This document shows positions 10,222 through 20,613 of a stretch of DNA of 64,000 bases, in pieces. A model generated the notes under the pieces. That model worked only from the letters and a program-made list of their open reading frames with translations. It ran no database searches and was not told the DNA's origin. Each line of letters begins with the position of its first letter. Position 1 is the stretch's first letter. A program made the position numbers and the translations under genes. Location of the stretch: positions 1 through 64,000 of the forward strand of contig CBDFFH010000052.1 of assembly GCA_965246715.1 (NCBI GenBank). Reading direction: 5' to 3'. This stretch comes from Chamaesiphon sp. (GTDB lineage Bacteria > Cyanobacteriota > Cyanobacteriia > Cyanobacteriales > Chamaesiphonaceae).

Positions 10222-10499
10222 AATTATTACAGCTTGTGGGTCGATAACTAACGCCCGAACAGCCGATCCGAGTCATCGGTTTATAACACCAGATTATTAC
10301 ACCTTGGCACTATCTAAAATAGCTCTAAATTATCCAATCCGAATCTACACTTCATAATTCATAACTTATCGCTTAGCGACCGGATCCCAATCGCCCACTG
10401 TCATCGCATCAAAAGGGGGCGGTGTGACAGCAGGTATCGATTTCGGGCTGACGATCGATAGGCTCGGCAGTAAGATTCTGTGGTTGAAGTTAGTTTGAA

Positions 10500-10653
10500 T
10501 TAAATAGACTGACCGCCAGAAACTTCAATGCGCTGGGCGTTGACCCATTTGTTATCTTCTGATAGTAATGACGCGATCGCCCCACCGATATCATCGGGCA
10601 GACCGACGCGACCGAGGGCGGTTTGGGAAGCGATAAACTTATTTAGTAGTCAT
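10500..10653 (-). pseudogene. Short-chain dehydrogenase remnant (internal deletion)
   Basis: ATG ACT ACT AAA is joined out of frame to an SDR C-terminus, LNKFIASQTALGRVGLPDDIGGAIASLLSEDNKWVNAQRIEVSGGQSI*. Confidence 0.8.
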
Positions 10654-10740
10654 GGGACGATCCTGTGGGGAGTAGTTGTTACAGTGATATTTTTTAGGCG
10701 GGGATAGAGATGGCAAAAAGTCAATATTTCTGTGCGGTCG

Positions 10741-10896
10741 CTTGCCGAAAACTCCACAGCGATAAATGCTGCCGATCGAGTGGGGTATGAAAATCCCTCG
10801 CATTTTAGTCGCGAATATGCCCGGATGTTCGGTGCGCCACCAGTGAGGGATATCGATCGATTACGCGATAGTTCGAGCATGGCCGCGTCCATCTAA
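10741..10896 (+). pseudogene. AraC-family regulator C-terminal remnant
   Basis: [37 protein letters not shown] matches the second HTH of AraC proteins; the N-terminal part is missing. Confidence 0.82.
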
Positions 10897-10974
10897 AATC
10901 TGAATGTTGGGTCGAACACAAGCGTTGGCTGCGCCTCGTCTAAGGAACTCAATCCAGACTTGACTCGGGACTTT

Positions 10975-11976
10975 TTACTCAGGATATTCATGTGTAACAA
11001 ATGGGAGATCGATCATTTCTCCCTCGACATTATCTAATAATACTTTAGAGCCAACACCGCCAGCCTTAGAGCGGAGATAAGCAAGTCCCGATATCTCTCC
11101 ATCGATCTCGCTCTTACTAGTTAAGACACCAACTTTTTCGCCATTAATAGTTAACGGTGTACCGATCGCAACAGGCGCAGTTAATTTGATGCCCCAGAGA
11201 TACTGTTTAACACCTTTATAAGTATTAAGCCTGGCGATCGTTTCTTGACCGATGTAACAACCTTTGGAAAATGAAATAGTTTGCCACAAACCCACTTCTA
11301 AAGGATTATAATCCTCTGTTAGCTCGGCATCAGGCTTGGGTCTACCTTGCTCGATTCGTAAGCATTCCCAGGCTATTTCATCAACGATCTCTGCACCTAA
11401 ATCGATGATTTTCTGACGGATTGATGCACCTGCATCCTGACGATCTTGTAAAGACTCTTTACTCCCACAAATTAAGCGATACCCAGGCAATCCTAACTCA
11501 GTACCGATCGCTACTCGAATTTCACAACCATCGATCGTGACTAATTGATGACTATTAAGCGGCAGATCTTTAAAATTTGGCACACCTAATTGAGTTAAGA
11601 TGCGATCGCTTTCCGATCCCATCAATGTAAAACTTGCGACCCGATCGGTAATATCTGTCAACCGGACTTTATCGGCAAAAAAGATATAGCGATCGAGCCA
11701 ATCATATAAATATTTGCGGCGATTGGGCGAGACGATCAGTAATACTTCATCATCTAAGACTAAGCCAGTTGCCAGATCGATCGTTCGCGCTGTCGATGTG
11801 ACAAATACGGTATCGCAACCTTCGCCAGATTTGAGCTTTTCAAAATCAGCTGTGCTTTGATTGTGCAAAAATCGCAATCGATCTCGATCGCTCACGAGAA
11901 TCTTACCCCAGTCAGAGCTATCGTAGAGCGCTACACCTGTATGTGCGGCTTGGATCGTAGAGCGTAAATTATTCAT
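10975..11976 (-). CDS. ygfZ: YgfZ/GcvT-family folate-binding Fe-S maturation protein
   Basis: Signature KGCYIGQE; RLRFLHNQST. Confidence 0.9.
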   Translation of the reverse strand: MNNLRSTIQAAHTGVALYDSSDWGKILVSDRDRLRFLHNQSTADFEKLKSGEGCDTVFVTSTARTIDLATGLVLDDEVLLIVSPNRRKYLYDWLDRYIFFADKVRLTDITDRVASFTLMGSESDRILTQLGVPNFKDLPLNSHQLVTIDGCEIRVAIGTELGLPGYRLICGSKESLQDRQDAGASIRQKIIDLGAEIVDEIAWECLRIEQGRPKPDAELTEDYNPLEVGLWQTISFSKGCYIGQETIARLNTYKGVKQYLWGIKLTAPVAIGTPLTINGEKVGVLTSKSEIDGEISGLAYLRSKAGGVGSKVLLDNVEGEMIDLPFVTHEYPE

Positions 11977-12108
11977 AGTTATATTTTAACCCAACCCGCC
12001 AGCACAGGGCATTTCATTCTTCGATCGGGAGTGTTAATCCTGTAGCTGTGTGGGTATGTCGCTCGAGTATCCCCTGAAACTTGCCCAAAAGAAATTCAGT
12101 TTTAAAGA

Positions 12109-12480
12109 TTAGCTAAAGACGCGAGCGATGACGACATTGGCTTTGTCATCGATCCGATGCCAATCAGGAGCTTGAGCATCCATATCGATCAGGCTAGTAT
12201 CTACTGCGACAACTTGACTTTCGAGTTCGCCATGACTGCCATAATAATCTACAAAGCATACTTGATAGCATAAATCCCACAGATCGAATCGTCGCTGTCG
12301 ATCGCCAGATTGAAGACGGAGATAATTTGTCGGCTGTGGAGTTTGGACTTCTTCATAGCTCACTTCCCAACTAGAAGTTTCCGACTGTTGGCGAATGCGA
12401 TCGATAATCCGAATATAAATCGGTTGCATCAGAAACTCAGCTTGTTGATAAGCTAATTCATCACTAAATTTAGGCACCAT
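12109..12480 (-). CDS. Conserved cyanobacterial hypothetical protein
   Basis: QAEFLMQPIYIRIID and LWDLCYQVCF resemble a family usually found near rbfA. Confidence 0.7.
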   Translation of the reverse strand: MVPKFSDELAYQQAEFLMQPIYIRIIDRIRQQSETSSWEVSYEEVQTPQPTNYLRLQSGDRQRRFDLWDLCYQVCFVDYYGSHGELESQVVAVDTSLIDMDAQAPDWHRIDDKANVVIARVFS

Positions 12481-12589
12481 AAATTTTTACACCAGATCGA
12501 GCTGAGTCAGGGCGATTTTCCCAAGGAAAGGCTACGCCAACGATTCTAAGCTATAATTAAAAATAGTGGCTGTTATTGCAAAGATTGTA

Positions 12590-12799
12590 ATGTTTGATGA
12601 TTTTTTAAGTAATGTAGGCAGATACTTCAGCTACTTTATTACGATTATACTTGGCATCTTCATCTCGACCTTTTCGTGGTTGGCTCCACTATGGAACCGC
12701 CCAGTGACAGCAGTTGCACTAGTGGGCTTTTTGGTGGGGGCGTTCGTGACGATCGTGTTAACGCTCAGGGCGATGCTAGGATTCACACCCATAAACTAG
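12590..12799 (+). CDS. DUF751-family small membrane protein
   Basis: FLSNVGRYFSYFITIILG...LTLRAMLG; directly upstream of rbfA. Confidence 0.8.
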   Translation: MFDDFLSNVGRYFSYFITIILGIFISTFSWLAPLWNRPVTAVALVGFLVGAFVTIVLTLRAMLGFTPIN

Positions 12800-12846
12800 T
12801 TCGCTAAAGATCGCAATTTTAAGATTTTAATCAGTAGACGAAAATT

Positions 12847-13281
12847 ATGAGTAATACTCGTCGCGTATCGCGTGTTGCGGAATTAATCAAGCGCGAAGTC
12901 AGTCAGATGATCCTCTTTGATATCAAAGACGATCGAGTCGGATCCGGAATGGTAAGCGTCACAGCTGTGGATGTCGCTGGCGATCTCCAGCATACCAAAA
13001 TTTTTGTGAGTATTTATGGCAGCGATGAAGTTCGCGCTGAGACGATGGAGGGATTGAAATCCGTTACCGGCTATGTTCGTAGCGAATTGGGCAAGCGGGT
13101 AAGGCTCAGACGCACTCCCACCGTGATCTTTGTCGAGGATAAATCATTCGATCGAGCTACTAGCGTATTATCACTGATTAACCAACTCAGTTTAAAACGG
13201 ACTGAAGCAGAAGATTTAGTTGCTGAATCCGATGGAGCACCCCCCACCGCACCGGAAACTGAAGAGTTGTCAGAAACATAA
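12847..13281 (+). CDS. rbfA: Ribosome-binding factor A
   Basis: [31 protein letters not shown]. Confidence 0.96.
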   Translation: MSNTRRVSRVAELIKREVSQMILFDIKDDRVGSGMVSVTAVDVAGDLQHTKIFVSIYGSDEVRAETMEGLKSVTGYVRSELGKRVRLRRTPTVIFVEDKSFDRATSVLSLINQLSLKRTEAEDLVAESDGAPPTAPETEELSET

Positions 13282-13547
13282 TCTAGGCATTGTCTGGTCA
13301 TGCTGAGGCAATTTTCTCTACAATACAAGAATGTCATCTCAAACTTGTTCTCCTGACGCACAGTCGAACAGGTAAAACTACAACTACTCCATCTAAAACT
13401 CTAGTCAAACGAACGGAGTTTTTGGGTATTGACGATCGATTCAACCGATGAGTCGATATGGTTCATCGTGAATACTAGTTCGTTGTCGCGATCGAGTCGG
13501 TTGTCGCAACTAGCAGCCGCATGAGTTTGACCTGGATACCATAACAA

Positions 13548-13778
13548 ATGCTGAAAAAAACGCATCCCAAAACGAAAAGTAAGCTCAAAAGACAATTATC
13601 GGTATTCCAGCCATCAGCAGCTAAAATTTGGGTAGAGCAAATCGATCGGATTCAACCGCAAAGTGAGAAGATCTTAAATCGGATCCCAAAAGAGCAAATT
13701 AGCGCACTCAGCGGAGATTTTGCAACAAAGCTAATTTCTCACAATCGATCTCAGTTACTGTATATTCTGCCGAAATAG
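13548..13778 (+). pseudogene. Gene fragment resembling the helical C-terminus of HipA-like kinases
   Basis: AAKIWVEQIDRI..ILNRIP..IS..DFATKLISHNRSQLL; no kinase motifs upstream. Confidence 0.35.
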
Positions 13779-13839
13779 ATGTAATTTTCTTATTCAGCTA
13801 CCGTCCACTATTTGTTGAACTTAATCTAATAGACTAATT

Positions 13840-15921
13840 ATGAAGGATCTCACCCGCTATCGAAATATTGGTATCTTTGCTCACGTAGATGCTGGCAAAA
13901 CCACTACCACTGAAAGAATCCTAAAGCTGACTGGCAAGATCCACAGGATCGGTGAGGTACACGAGGGTGCAGCAACCACAGACTTTATGGATCAAGAAAA
14001 GGAGCGGGGAATCACCATTCAGTCCGCTGCTACCACTTGCTTTTGGAACGAGCACCAACTGAACATCATCGACACCCCGGGTCACGTCGATTTTACCATT
14101 GAAGTTTACCGCTCCTTAAAGGTGCTCGATGGTGGGATTGGGGTTTTCTGTGGTTCTGGTGGAGTAGAGCCGCAATCTGAAACTAACTGGCGCTACGCTA
14201 ACGATTCCAAAGTTGCTCGTTTGATCTACATCAACAAGCTCGATCGGACTGGCGGCGACTTCTATAAGGTAGTGGGGCAAGTAGAAAAGATCTTGGGTGC
14301 AAAACCCTTGGTCATGGTACTACCGATCGGGATCGAAGATGACTTCCTCGGTATGGTAGACCTGATTACCCGCAAGGCATGGACTTGGGACAACTCTGGC
14401 GACCCGCTCAACTACACGATCTCCGATGTACCCGAAGACATGAAGGCGAAAGTCGAAACCTACCGCGAGCAGCTGATTGAAACCGCTGTAGAGCAAGATG
14501 ATGCAGTCATGGAACGGTATCTAGAAGGCACCGAGCCAACCCCTGAAGAACTGAAGAATTGCATCCGGAAAGGCACCCGCGACCTGAAGTTCTTCCCCAC
14601 ATACTGCGGTTCTTCCTTTAAGAACAAGGGCGTACAGCTAGTGCTAGATGCGGTAGTAGATTACCTCCCCAACCCCATGGAAGTGCTGCCTCAGCCAGAA
14701 GTGGATTTGGATGGCAATGCTACTGGCGAATTTGCCGCTGTCGATCCTGAGAAGCCTTTACGTGCTCTGGCTTTCAAGATTATGGACGATCGCTATGGTT
14801 CCTTGACCTTTACTCGGCTATATTCTGGCACGCTTGCCAAGGGCGATACGGTGCTGAATACAGCTACTGGTAAAACCGAGCGGATCAGTCGCATGGTGGA
14901 AATGCACGCCAATACGCGCGAAGAAATCGAATCCGCTCAAGCTGGCGATATTATCGCGATCGTTGGGATGAAGAACGTCCGCACTGGTCATACCATCTGC
15001 GATCCTAAAAATCCAGCGACCCTGGAACCGATGGTTTTCCCCGAACCGGTGATTTCGATCGCCATTAAGCCCAAGGTTAAGGGTGCTGAAGAAAAAATGG
15101 GCGCAGCATTGACCAAGATGGTGCAGGAAGATCCCTCGTTCCACATGATGACTGACGAGGAAAGCGGCCAAACCATCCTTAAAGGCATGGGCGAGTTGCA
15201 CTTGGATATTAAGGTGGACATTCTCAAGCGTACCCACGGCGTGGAAGTAGAAGTTGGGAAACCTCAAGTAGCCTACCGCGAGTCCATTACCAAGACGCTC
15301 GAAGATGAATACATTCACAAGAAACAGTCAGGTGGTTCCGGTCAGTACGCCAAGATCGGCTACATTTTGGAACCTGGCGAACCTGGAACTGGCTTTGTGT
15401 TTGAATCAAAGGTAACTGGTGGTAGCGTACCCCGGGAGTACTGGCCTGCGGTGGAAAAAGGCTTTGAAAGCTCGATCGATAAGGGTGTATTGGCTGGATT
15501 CCCTTGCCTCGACTTGAAGTTTACATTGTTGGAAGGTGGCTTCCACCCAGTGGATTCCTCGGCAATGGCCTTTGAAATTGCGGCCAAAGCAGCTTATCGT
15601 CAGACTATGCCCAAGGCTGGCCCCCAATTGCTGGAGCCAATCATGAAAGTGGATGTATTCACTCCCGATGATTATATGGGTGACGTAATTGGTGACCTCA
15701 ACCGTCGTCGAGGCACGATCGAATCCCAAGAATCTAGCGGTGTAGGCGTACGCATCAAAGCTGATATGCCCCTGAGCGAAATGTTTGGCTACATTGGAGA
15801 TCTCCGCAACATGACCTCTGGGCGCGGTCAGTTCTCGATGTCTTTCTCTCACTACTCTGCTTGTCCGAGCAACATTGCCGAAGCAGTGATTAAAGAATCC
15901 AAGGAACAAGCCGCAGTATAA
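13840..15921 (+). CDS. fusA: Elongation factor G, stand-alone paralog outside the rpsL-rpsG-tuf operon
   Basis: [33 protein letters not shown], domain IV/V motifs. Confidence 0.96.
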   Translation: MKDLTRYRNIGIFAHVDAGKTTTTERILKLTGKIHRIGEVHEGAATTDFMDQEKERGITIQSAATTCFWNEHQLNIIDTPGHVDFTIEVYRSLKVLDGGIGVFCGSGGVEPQSETNWRYANDSKVARLIYINKLDRTGGDFYKVVGQVEKILGAKPLVMVLPIGIEDDFLGMVDLITRKAWTWDNSGDPLNYTISDVPEDMKAKVETYREQLIETAVEQDDAVMERYLEGTEPTPEELKNCIRKGTRDLKFFPTYCGSSFKNKGVQLVLDAVVDYLPNPMEVLPQPEVDLDGNATGEFAAVDPEKPLRALAFKIMDDRYGSLTFTRLYSGTLAKGDTVLNTATGKTERISRMVEMHANTREEIESAQAGDIIAIVGMKNVRTGHTICDPKNPATLEPMVFPEPVISIAIKPKVKGAEEKMGAALTKMVQEDPSFHMMTDEESGQTILKGMGELHLDIKVDILKRTHGVEVEVGKPQVAYRESITKTLEDEYIHKKQSGGSGQYAKIGYILEPGEPGTGFVFESKVTGGSVPREYWPAVEKGFESSIDKGVLAGFPCLDLKFTLLEGGFHPVDSSAMAFEIAAKAAYRQTMPKAGPQLLEPIMKVDVFTPDDYMGDVIGDLNRRRGTIESQESSGVGVRIKADMPLSEMFGYIGDLRNMTSGRGQFSMSFSHYSACPSNIAEAVIKESKEQAAV

Positions 15922-15951
15922 GCAAACGGCTTCATCAATAACTAACTAAGG

Positions 15952-15989
15952 ATTGTCGGCATCTTCAACGATGCCGACAATTTTATTTT
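15952..15989 (+). terminator. Intrinsic terminator of fusA
   Basis: ATTGTCGGCATC-ttcaac-GATGCCGACAAT followed by a T-rich run. Confidence 0.8.
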
Positions 15990-16084
15990 TAGGGCTGGGC
16001 AACTCGATCTCGTATTTATAGAACCCATTTGAGATCTTTTAGGCGATCGATTTCAACGCAATTTCCAAACATCCCCTTTTTCAA

Positions 16085-16118
16085 ACAAAAAACCCTGCTA
16101 ATTAGCAGGGTTTTTTGT
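16085..16118. terminator. Bidirectional terminator downstream of psbC
   Basis: Perfect palindrome ACAAAAAACCCTGCTAATTAGCAGGGTTTTTTGT with A and T tracts. Confidence 0.8.
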
Positions 16119-16142
16119 CTATATCATAATGAAATCGATCGA

Positions 16143-17531
16143 CTAGGCGATATCTTTCATCGAGAATACTGGTTCGTTCTCACGATCTAAACCTTTCTCA
16201 AAACCAGCAGCAGCAGCGCGTGCGCGGCCTGCGTGCCACAAGTGACCGATAAAGAAGAAGAATCCTAAGACGAAGTGAGAGCAAGCCAACCACGCACGAG
16301 GCGAAACGTAGTTGAATGCATTGGTTTCAGTGATGACACCACCAACCGAGTTCAAGGAACCTAGTGGAGCGTGAGTCATATACTCAGCCGCACGGCGCGC
16401 TTGCCAAGGTTGAATGTCATTCTTAACCTTACTCAAGTCAAGACCGTTAGGGCCACGTAGCGGCTCCAGCCAAGGGCCTTGGAAATCCCAGAAGCGCATG
16501 GTTTCACCACCAAAGATGATTTCGCCAGAAGGAGAACGCATCAAGTATTTACCCAGACCGGTAGGGCCTTGAGCGGTAGCAATGTTTGCACCCAAACGTT
16601 GGTCGCGAATCAAGAAGGTCAATGCTTGTGCCTGCGAAGCTTCAGGGCCAGTAGGGCCGAAGAATTCACTAGGATAAACAGTGTTATTGTACCAAACCAT
16701 GATCGAGGCAACAAACGCCATCAAGGAGACTGCAGCCAGACTGTAGGACAGATAAGCCTCACCAGACCAGATTAGTGCGCGACGCGCCCAACCAAAAGGT
16801 TTGGTCAGAATGTGCCATACACCACCAGCGATACAGATCAAACCGACCCAGATGTGTCCGCCGACTACATCTTCTAAGTTATTGACGCTGATAATCCAGC
16901 CTTCGCCACCAAAAGGAGCTTTCAGTAGATAACCGAAGATGATTGCCGGATTGAGTGTAGGATTGGTAATGATGCGGACATCTCCACCACCTGGTGCCCA
17001 GGTATCATACAAACCGCCAACAAACATTGCCTTGATAACCAAGAGTAATGCGCCACAACCTAAAATAATCAGGTGGAAGCCCAAAATCGAAGTCATTTTA
17101 TCCTTGTCTCTCCAGTCGTAACCGAAGAAAGAAGAATATTGTTCTAGCGTGTCAGGGCCACGCAATGCGTGGTACAAACCACCAACACCAAGAACTGCAG
17201 AAGAAATTAAGTGCAGTACGCCAACGACGAAGTAAGGGAATGTATCCACAACTTCACCGCCAGGGCCAACACCCCAACCTTGGGCAGCCAAGTGTGAAAG
17301 CAAGATAATACCTTGCTCGTACATAGGCTTCTCAGGTACGAAGTGAGCCACCTCAAACAGGCACATGGCTCCAGCCCAGAAGACAATCAAACCAGCGTGA
17401 GCGACGTGTGCGCCCAACAGCTTACCAGACAGGTTGATCAGACGCGCGTTACCAGACCACCAGGCAAAACCGGACGATTCTTGGTCGCGTCCGTTTCCTA
17501 CCACCATTGTAGTATTAAAGGGCGTTTCCAC
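16143..17531 (-). CDS. psbC: Photosystem II CP43
   Basis: [39 protein letters not shown] start. Confidence 0.98.
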   Translation of the reverse strand: METPFNTTMVVGNGRDQESSGFAWWSGNARLINLSGKLLGAHVAHAGLIVFWAGAMCLFEVAHFVPEKPMYEQGIILLSHLAAQGWGVGPGGEVVDTFPYFVVGVLHLISSAVLGVGGLYHALRGPDTLEQYSSFFGYDWRDKDKMTSILGFHLIILGCGALLLVIKAMFVGGLYDTWAPGGGDVRIITNPTLNPAIIFGYLLKAPFGGEGWIISVNNLEDVVGGHIWVGLICIAGGVWHILTKPFGWARRALIWSGEAYLSYSLAAVSLMAFVASIMVWYNNTVYPSEFFGPTGPEASQAQALTFLIRDQRLGANIATAQGPTGLGKYLMRSPSGEIIFGGETMRFWDFQGPWLEPLRGPNGLDLSKVKNDIQPWQARRAAEYMTHAPLGSLNSVGGVITETNAFNYVSPRAWLACSHFVLGFFFFIGHLWHAGRARAAAAGFEKGLDRENEPVFSMKDIA

Positions 17532-17570
17532 TCTTGAAGTACCTCTATCGATGAACTATAAAATACGGAT

Positions 17571-17611
17571 AAAAAACCGGAAGATAAATAGTATTGTACA
17601 TTTATCTTCCG
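17571..17611 (-). terminator. Terminator-like hairpin between psbD and psbC
   Basis: Minus strand: CGGAAGATAAAT-gtacaatact-ATTTATCTTCCG-GTTTTTT. Confidence 0.7.
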
Positions 17612-17623
17612 ACGTTTTAATGT

Positions 17624-18689
17624 TTAGAGTGCGTTACCGCGAGGTAATACTTCCTCTGGGAAGATAAATTGTTCGTGAGGTTGGTCCTGGGGAGCCATCC
17701 AAGCACGGATACCTTCATTAAGCAGAATGTTCTTGGTGTAGAATGTTTCAAACTCAGGATCTTCAGCCGCTCTCAATTCTTGAGATACGAAGTCATACGC
17801 CCGGAGGTTTAATGCTAGACCAACAATCCCGATCGAACTCATCCATAAGCCCATTACAGGGACAAACAGCATGAAGAAGTGCAACCACCGTTTGTTGGAG
17901 AAAGCTACACCGAAGATTTGCGACCAAAAACGGTTCGCAGTTACCATCGAGTAAGTTTCTTCAGCTTGAGTAGGGTCGAATGCGCGGAAAGTGTTGGAAC
18001 TTCCTTCTTCGTTATCTTCAAACAAGGTGTTTTCTACAGTCGCACCGTGAATCGCACACAGTAACGCACCACCAAGAATCCCTGCAACACCCATCATGTG
18101 GAAAGGGTTGAGCGTCCAGTTGTGGAAACCTTGCAAGAACAAGATGAACCGGAAGATTGCTGCTACACCGAAAGAAGGTGCAAAGAACCAGCCGGATTGA
18201 CCTAATGGGTAAAGTAAGAATACGCTAACGAATACAGCGATTGGGCCAGAAAACGCCAGTGCGTTGTAAGGACGAATACCGACTAGACGAGCGATTTCAA
18301 ATTGACGGAGCATGAAGCCGATCAGACCGAAAGCACCGTGAAGAGCTACGAATGCCCATAGACCACCAAGTTGACACCAGCGAGTGAAGTCACCTTGAGC
18401 TTCAGGTCCCCACAAGAGCATGAGGGAGTGACCGACACTATTTGGAGGAGTAGATAGAGCTGCTGTCAAGAAGTTACAACCTTCGAGATAGCTAGAAGCC
18501 AAACCGTGACTGTACCAGGATGTAACGAATGTGGTACCAGTCATCCAGCCACCGAGGGCTAGGAAGGCACAAGGAAATAGTAAGATACCAGACCAGCCGA
18601 CGAAAACGAACCGATCTTTCTTTAACCAGTCGTCGAGTACATCAAAGATGCCTCTCTCGGGATTGCTGGCGACCAACTGCAATAGTCAT
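17624..18689 (-). CDS. psbD: Photosystem II D2; apparent 1-nt insertion near codon 10
   Basis: Clear D2 sequence ending EVLPRGNAL*. The canonical start MTIAVGR (ATG 18689) is one base out of frame with the body at the GGG run 18659-18661. Confidence 0.96.
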
Positions 18690-18796
18690 GGTGCAGTAAA
18701 ACTCCAGATTTTATAGGGACATTATGGCGTGAACCCAGTCGAGTAATGCTAATACTCAATAGGGTATATAAATAGTTAGCTGATTTATTAAATCAG

Positions 18797-18814
18797 TTTA
18801 CGTTTCTTTACCAA
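18797..18814. promoter_or_regulatory. HLR1-like (RpaB) direct repeat upstream of psbD
   Basis: TTTACGTT-tc-TTTACCAA resembles (G/T)TTACA(T/A)(T/A)-N2 tandem repeats. Confidence 0.45.
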
Positions 18815-19134
18815 GTTTAATATAATTGTGTGGAAAGTGGCAGCATCTAAGCGATTTTTTCCAGAAAATTTAACATTCTTCGCTAATCTGCCGCGCTTTT
18901 CTCTCATTTGGCAAACGATAGTGAGTATAAGTACCTAAAATTCACTAGTAACGGGGATCGGTAATCTCACGCTCGCTTGACGGCGATCGCGCTGTCGCCA
19001 GAAGATATTATCATCATTCGATCGCTATAATACTTGGCTGCTATGTCTTACAACCACTATTTTGGCACTCGATCGGGCATTGCTTTACAATTAGGATCTA
19101 GAAGCTCACGAAAATTTCTTTCTCACTATTATAT

Positions 19135-19410
19135 ATGTACGTCATCGAAATTCTGCTGAAAAATGTCGCAATGCCCATGTCGGTGCAACGGAAGACCGCT
19201 GAAGAAGCTACTACGGTCTACCAACAAGTCTTGGCAGCGATGCAAGGACACGAGCCGAAGTTCCTAGAATTGTCTTGCGATCGTCAGCCAGAGAAGAAAA
19301 TCGCGGTGATGACGGATTCGATCGTTGCTACCCAAATGTATGAAAAATCCGGTGCAGCATCTTCTGGGAAGACACCTGGTTTCGCAGTTGCAGCAGTTGC
19401 CGGGGCTTAA
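19135..19410 (+). CDS. UPF0367-family cyanobacterial protein
   Basis: MYVIEILLK..PMSVQRK..LELSCDRQPEKKIAV..KTPGF. Confidence 0.8.
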   Translation: MYVIEILLKNVAMPMSVQRKTAEEATTVYQQVLAAMQGHEPKFLELSCDRQPEKKIAVMTDSIVATQMYEKSGAASSGKTPGFAVAAVAGA

Positions 19411-19518
19411 TCTCCTTACTGTGATATGGACGGGATTTTTCTAGATCTCGTTCATGCTGTTTCTCATCCAAGCGATTAAAATTAAGTGTGGTCGTGACAG
19501 TAGTTCAGGTACCCAACA

Positions 19519-20070
19519 ATGAGTATTAGAAAGAGAACTATCCAGGAAACTGAAAACGCACCCGATCGTAATTTTGTCGGAAGTTTTAGATTAACCGATC
19601 TAGATCTCTCTGGTAATCCGATCGACGATTTATCAATACTTCAACATTTGCCCACATTGCAAGAGGTATGGTTATTTGGTGTTAGACTACCTCGTAGATA
19701 TTGGACTAAATTTAGCGAGTGGAAAGCTGAGTGGTTATTAGATGAAACTAATGCTGAAATTAGACGTACATTAATCGAACAGGTAGGTTATGAAAAAATC
19801 TGCGACAAACTTGGTACGATCGAGATAGACTCTTGGCAAGAATACACACTGTTAAAAATCGATAATATCCAAATAATTTATCGAGGTTGGCAAGAAGTTG
19901 GTAGAGAACCGATGATGTTGGTGAAGATGACTTGTCCTTCCACCGGACACATTCATATCCTTCGCGTACCGCCAGACATGACTAGTACCGAAGATGCGAT
20001 CGTGTTGGTAAATCATGGCATTCATCCCTCAAAATTTGCCATTCAAACCCGATCGAGCGATCGAATTTGA
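19519..20070 (+). CDS. DUF6745-like protein with a residual leucine-rich repeat (probably shortened)
   Basis: LTDLDLSGNPIDDL; WLLDETNAEIRRTLIEQVGYEKI; MTCPSTGHIHILRVPP. Confidence 0.7.
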   Translation: MSIRKRTIQETENAPDRNFVGSFRLTDLDLSGNPIDDLSILQHLPTLQEVWLFGVRLPRRYWTKFSEWKAEWLLDETNAEIRRTLIEQVGYEKICDKLGTIEIDSWQEYTLLKIDNIQIIYRGWQEVGREPMMLVKMTCPSTGHIHILRVPPDMTSTEDAIVLVNHGIHPSKFAIQTRSSDRI

Positions 20071-20123
20071 CATCGATCGAATCACCGTGGCATCATATAG
20101 GCATGATATATGATGCAAATCTT

Positions 20124-20545
20124 ATGCTCGACATCAGCCGAGACATCAACTCTCTTTCTAATTTCAAGCGTAACACTGCCAGTTTTATCGTTCGCGTAGC
20201 GTACCGTAGGTAATCGACTCAAAGATACAAAGTCACCAATAGTCCTTACTATTAATGGAGTATCCGAGCTAGTCGTCCAAAGTGCGGAAGGTTATCAGCA
20301 GCTACTCGATCGCATTGAGTATCTTGAAACAACTGCTGGTATCAGACAAGGACTAGGCGAGCTAGCTGAAGGACAAGCAGTTTCAGCCATTCCAGCTCTA
20401 GAGGCACTGAGGAGCAAGCTCCAGCAGCCTAAATCATGAACTACAATGTCGAGATTCTGCCCCAAGCACTCGATAATATTGAAGCTGCTTATCAGTGGAT
20501 GGCGGATAATTTTAGTCCCGAACGTGCCGAGCAGTGGTATGACGA
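20124..20545 (+). pseudogene. Degenerate duplicate of the Phd/YefM-ParE pair at 23765-24369
   Basis: Near-identical to the 23.7-24.2 kb copy; the antitoxin is frameshifted by a 22-nt insertion (20191-20212) and the toxin is cut off after ..TGGTATGACGA. Confidence 0.88.
20191..20212. mobile_element. Small dispersed repeat inserted into a CGATCG (HIP1-core) site
   Basis: TTCGCGTAGCGTACCGTAGGTA lies between ATCG and ATCG; the intact paralog has uninterrupted ATCGATCG. Confidence 0.75.
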
Positions 20546-20599
20546 GGGCAAATTCACCACCAGATTCATTCGATCGAACCAGTAACATTTGCCTACCAG
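20546..20599. repeat. REP-like hairpin repeat, copy A
   Basis: GGCAAAT-33 nt-ATTTGCCTACCAG, homologous to the copies near 21242, 23527 and 24371. Confidence 0.75.
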
Positions 20600-20613
20600 A
20601 TCGAATCTTCGAG

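Noticed and set aside
10366..10480. Possible 3' fragment of the missing kinase upstream of the PP2C gene (..PPPFDAMTVGDWDPVAKR*)
   Set aside because: Too short, with no recognisable motif; it cannot be assigned.
16143..18689. Far-red-light (FaRLiP) photosystem cluster
   Set aside because: No neighbouring psbA/chlF, apc, psa or rfp genes; psbC looks standard.
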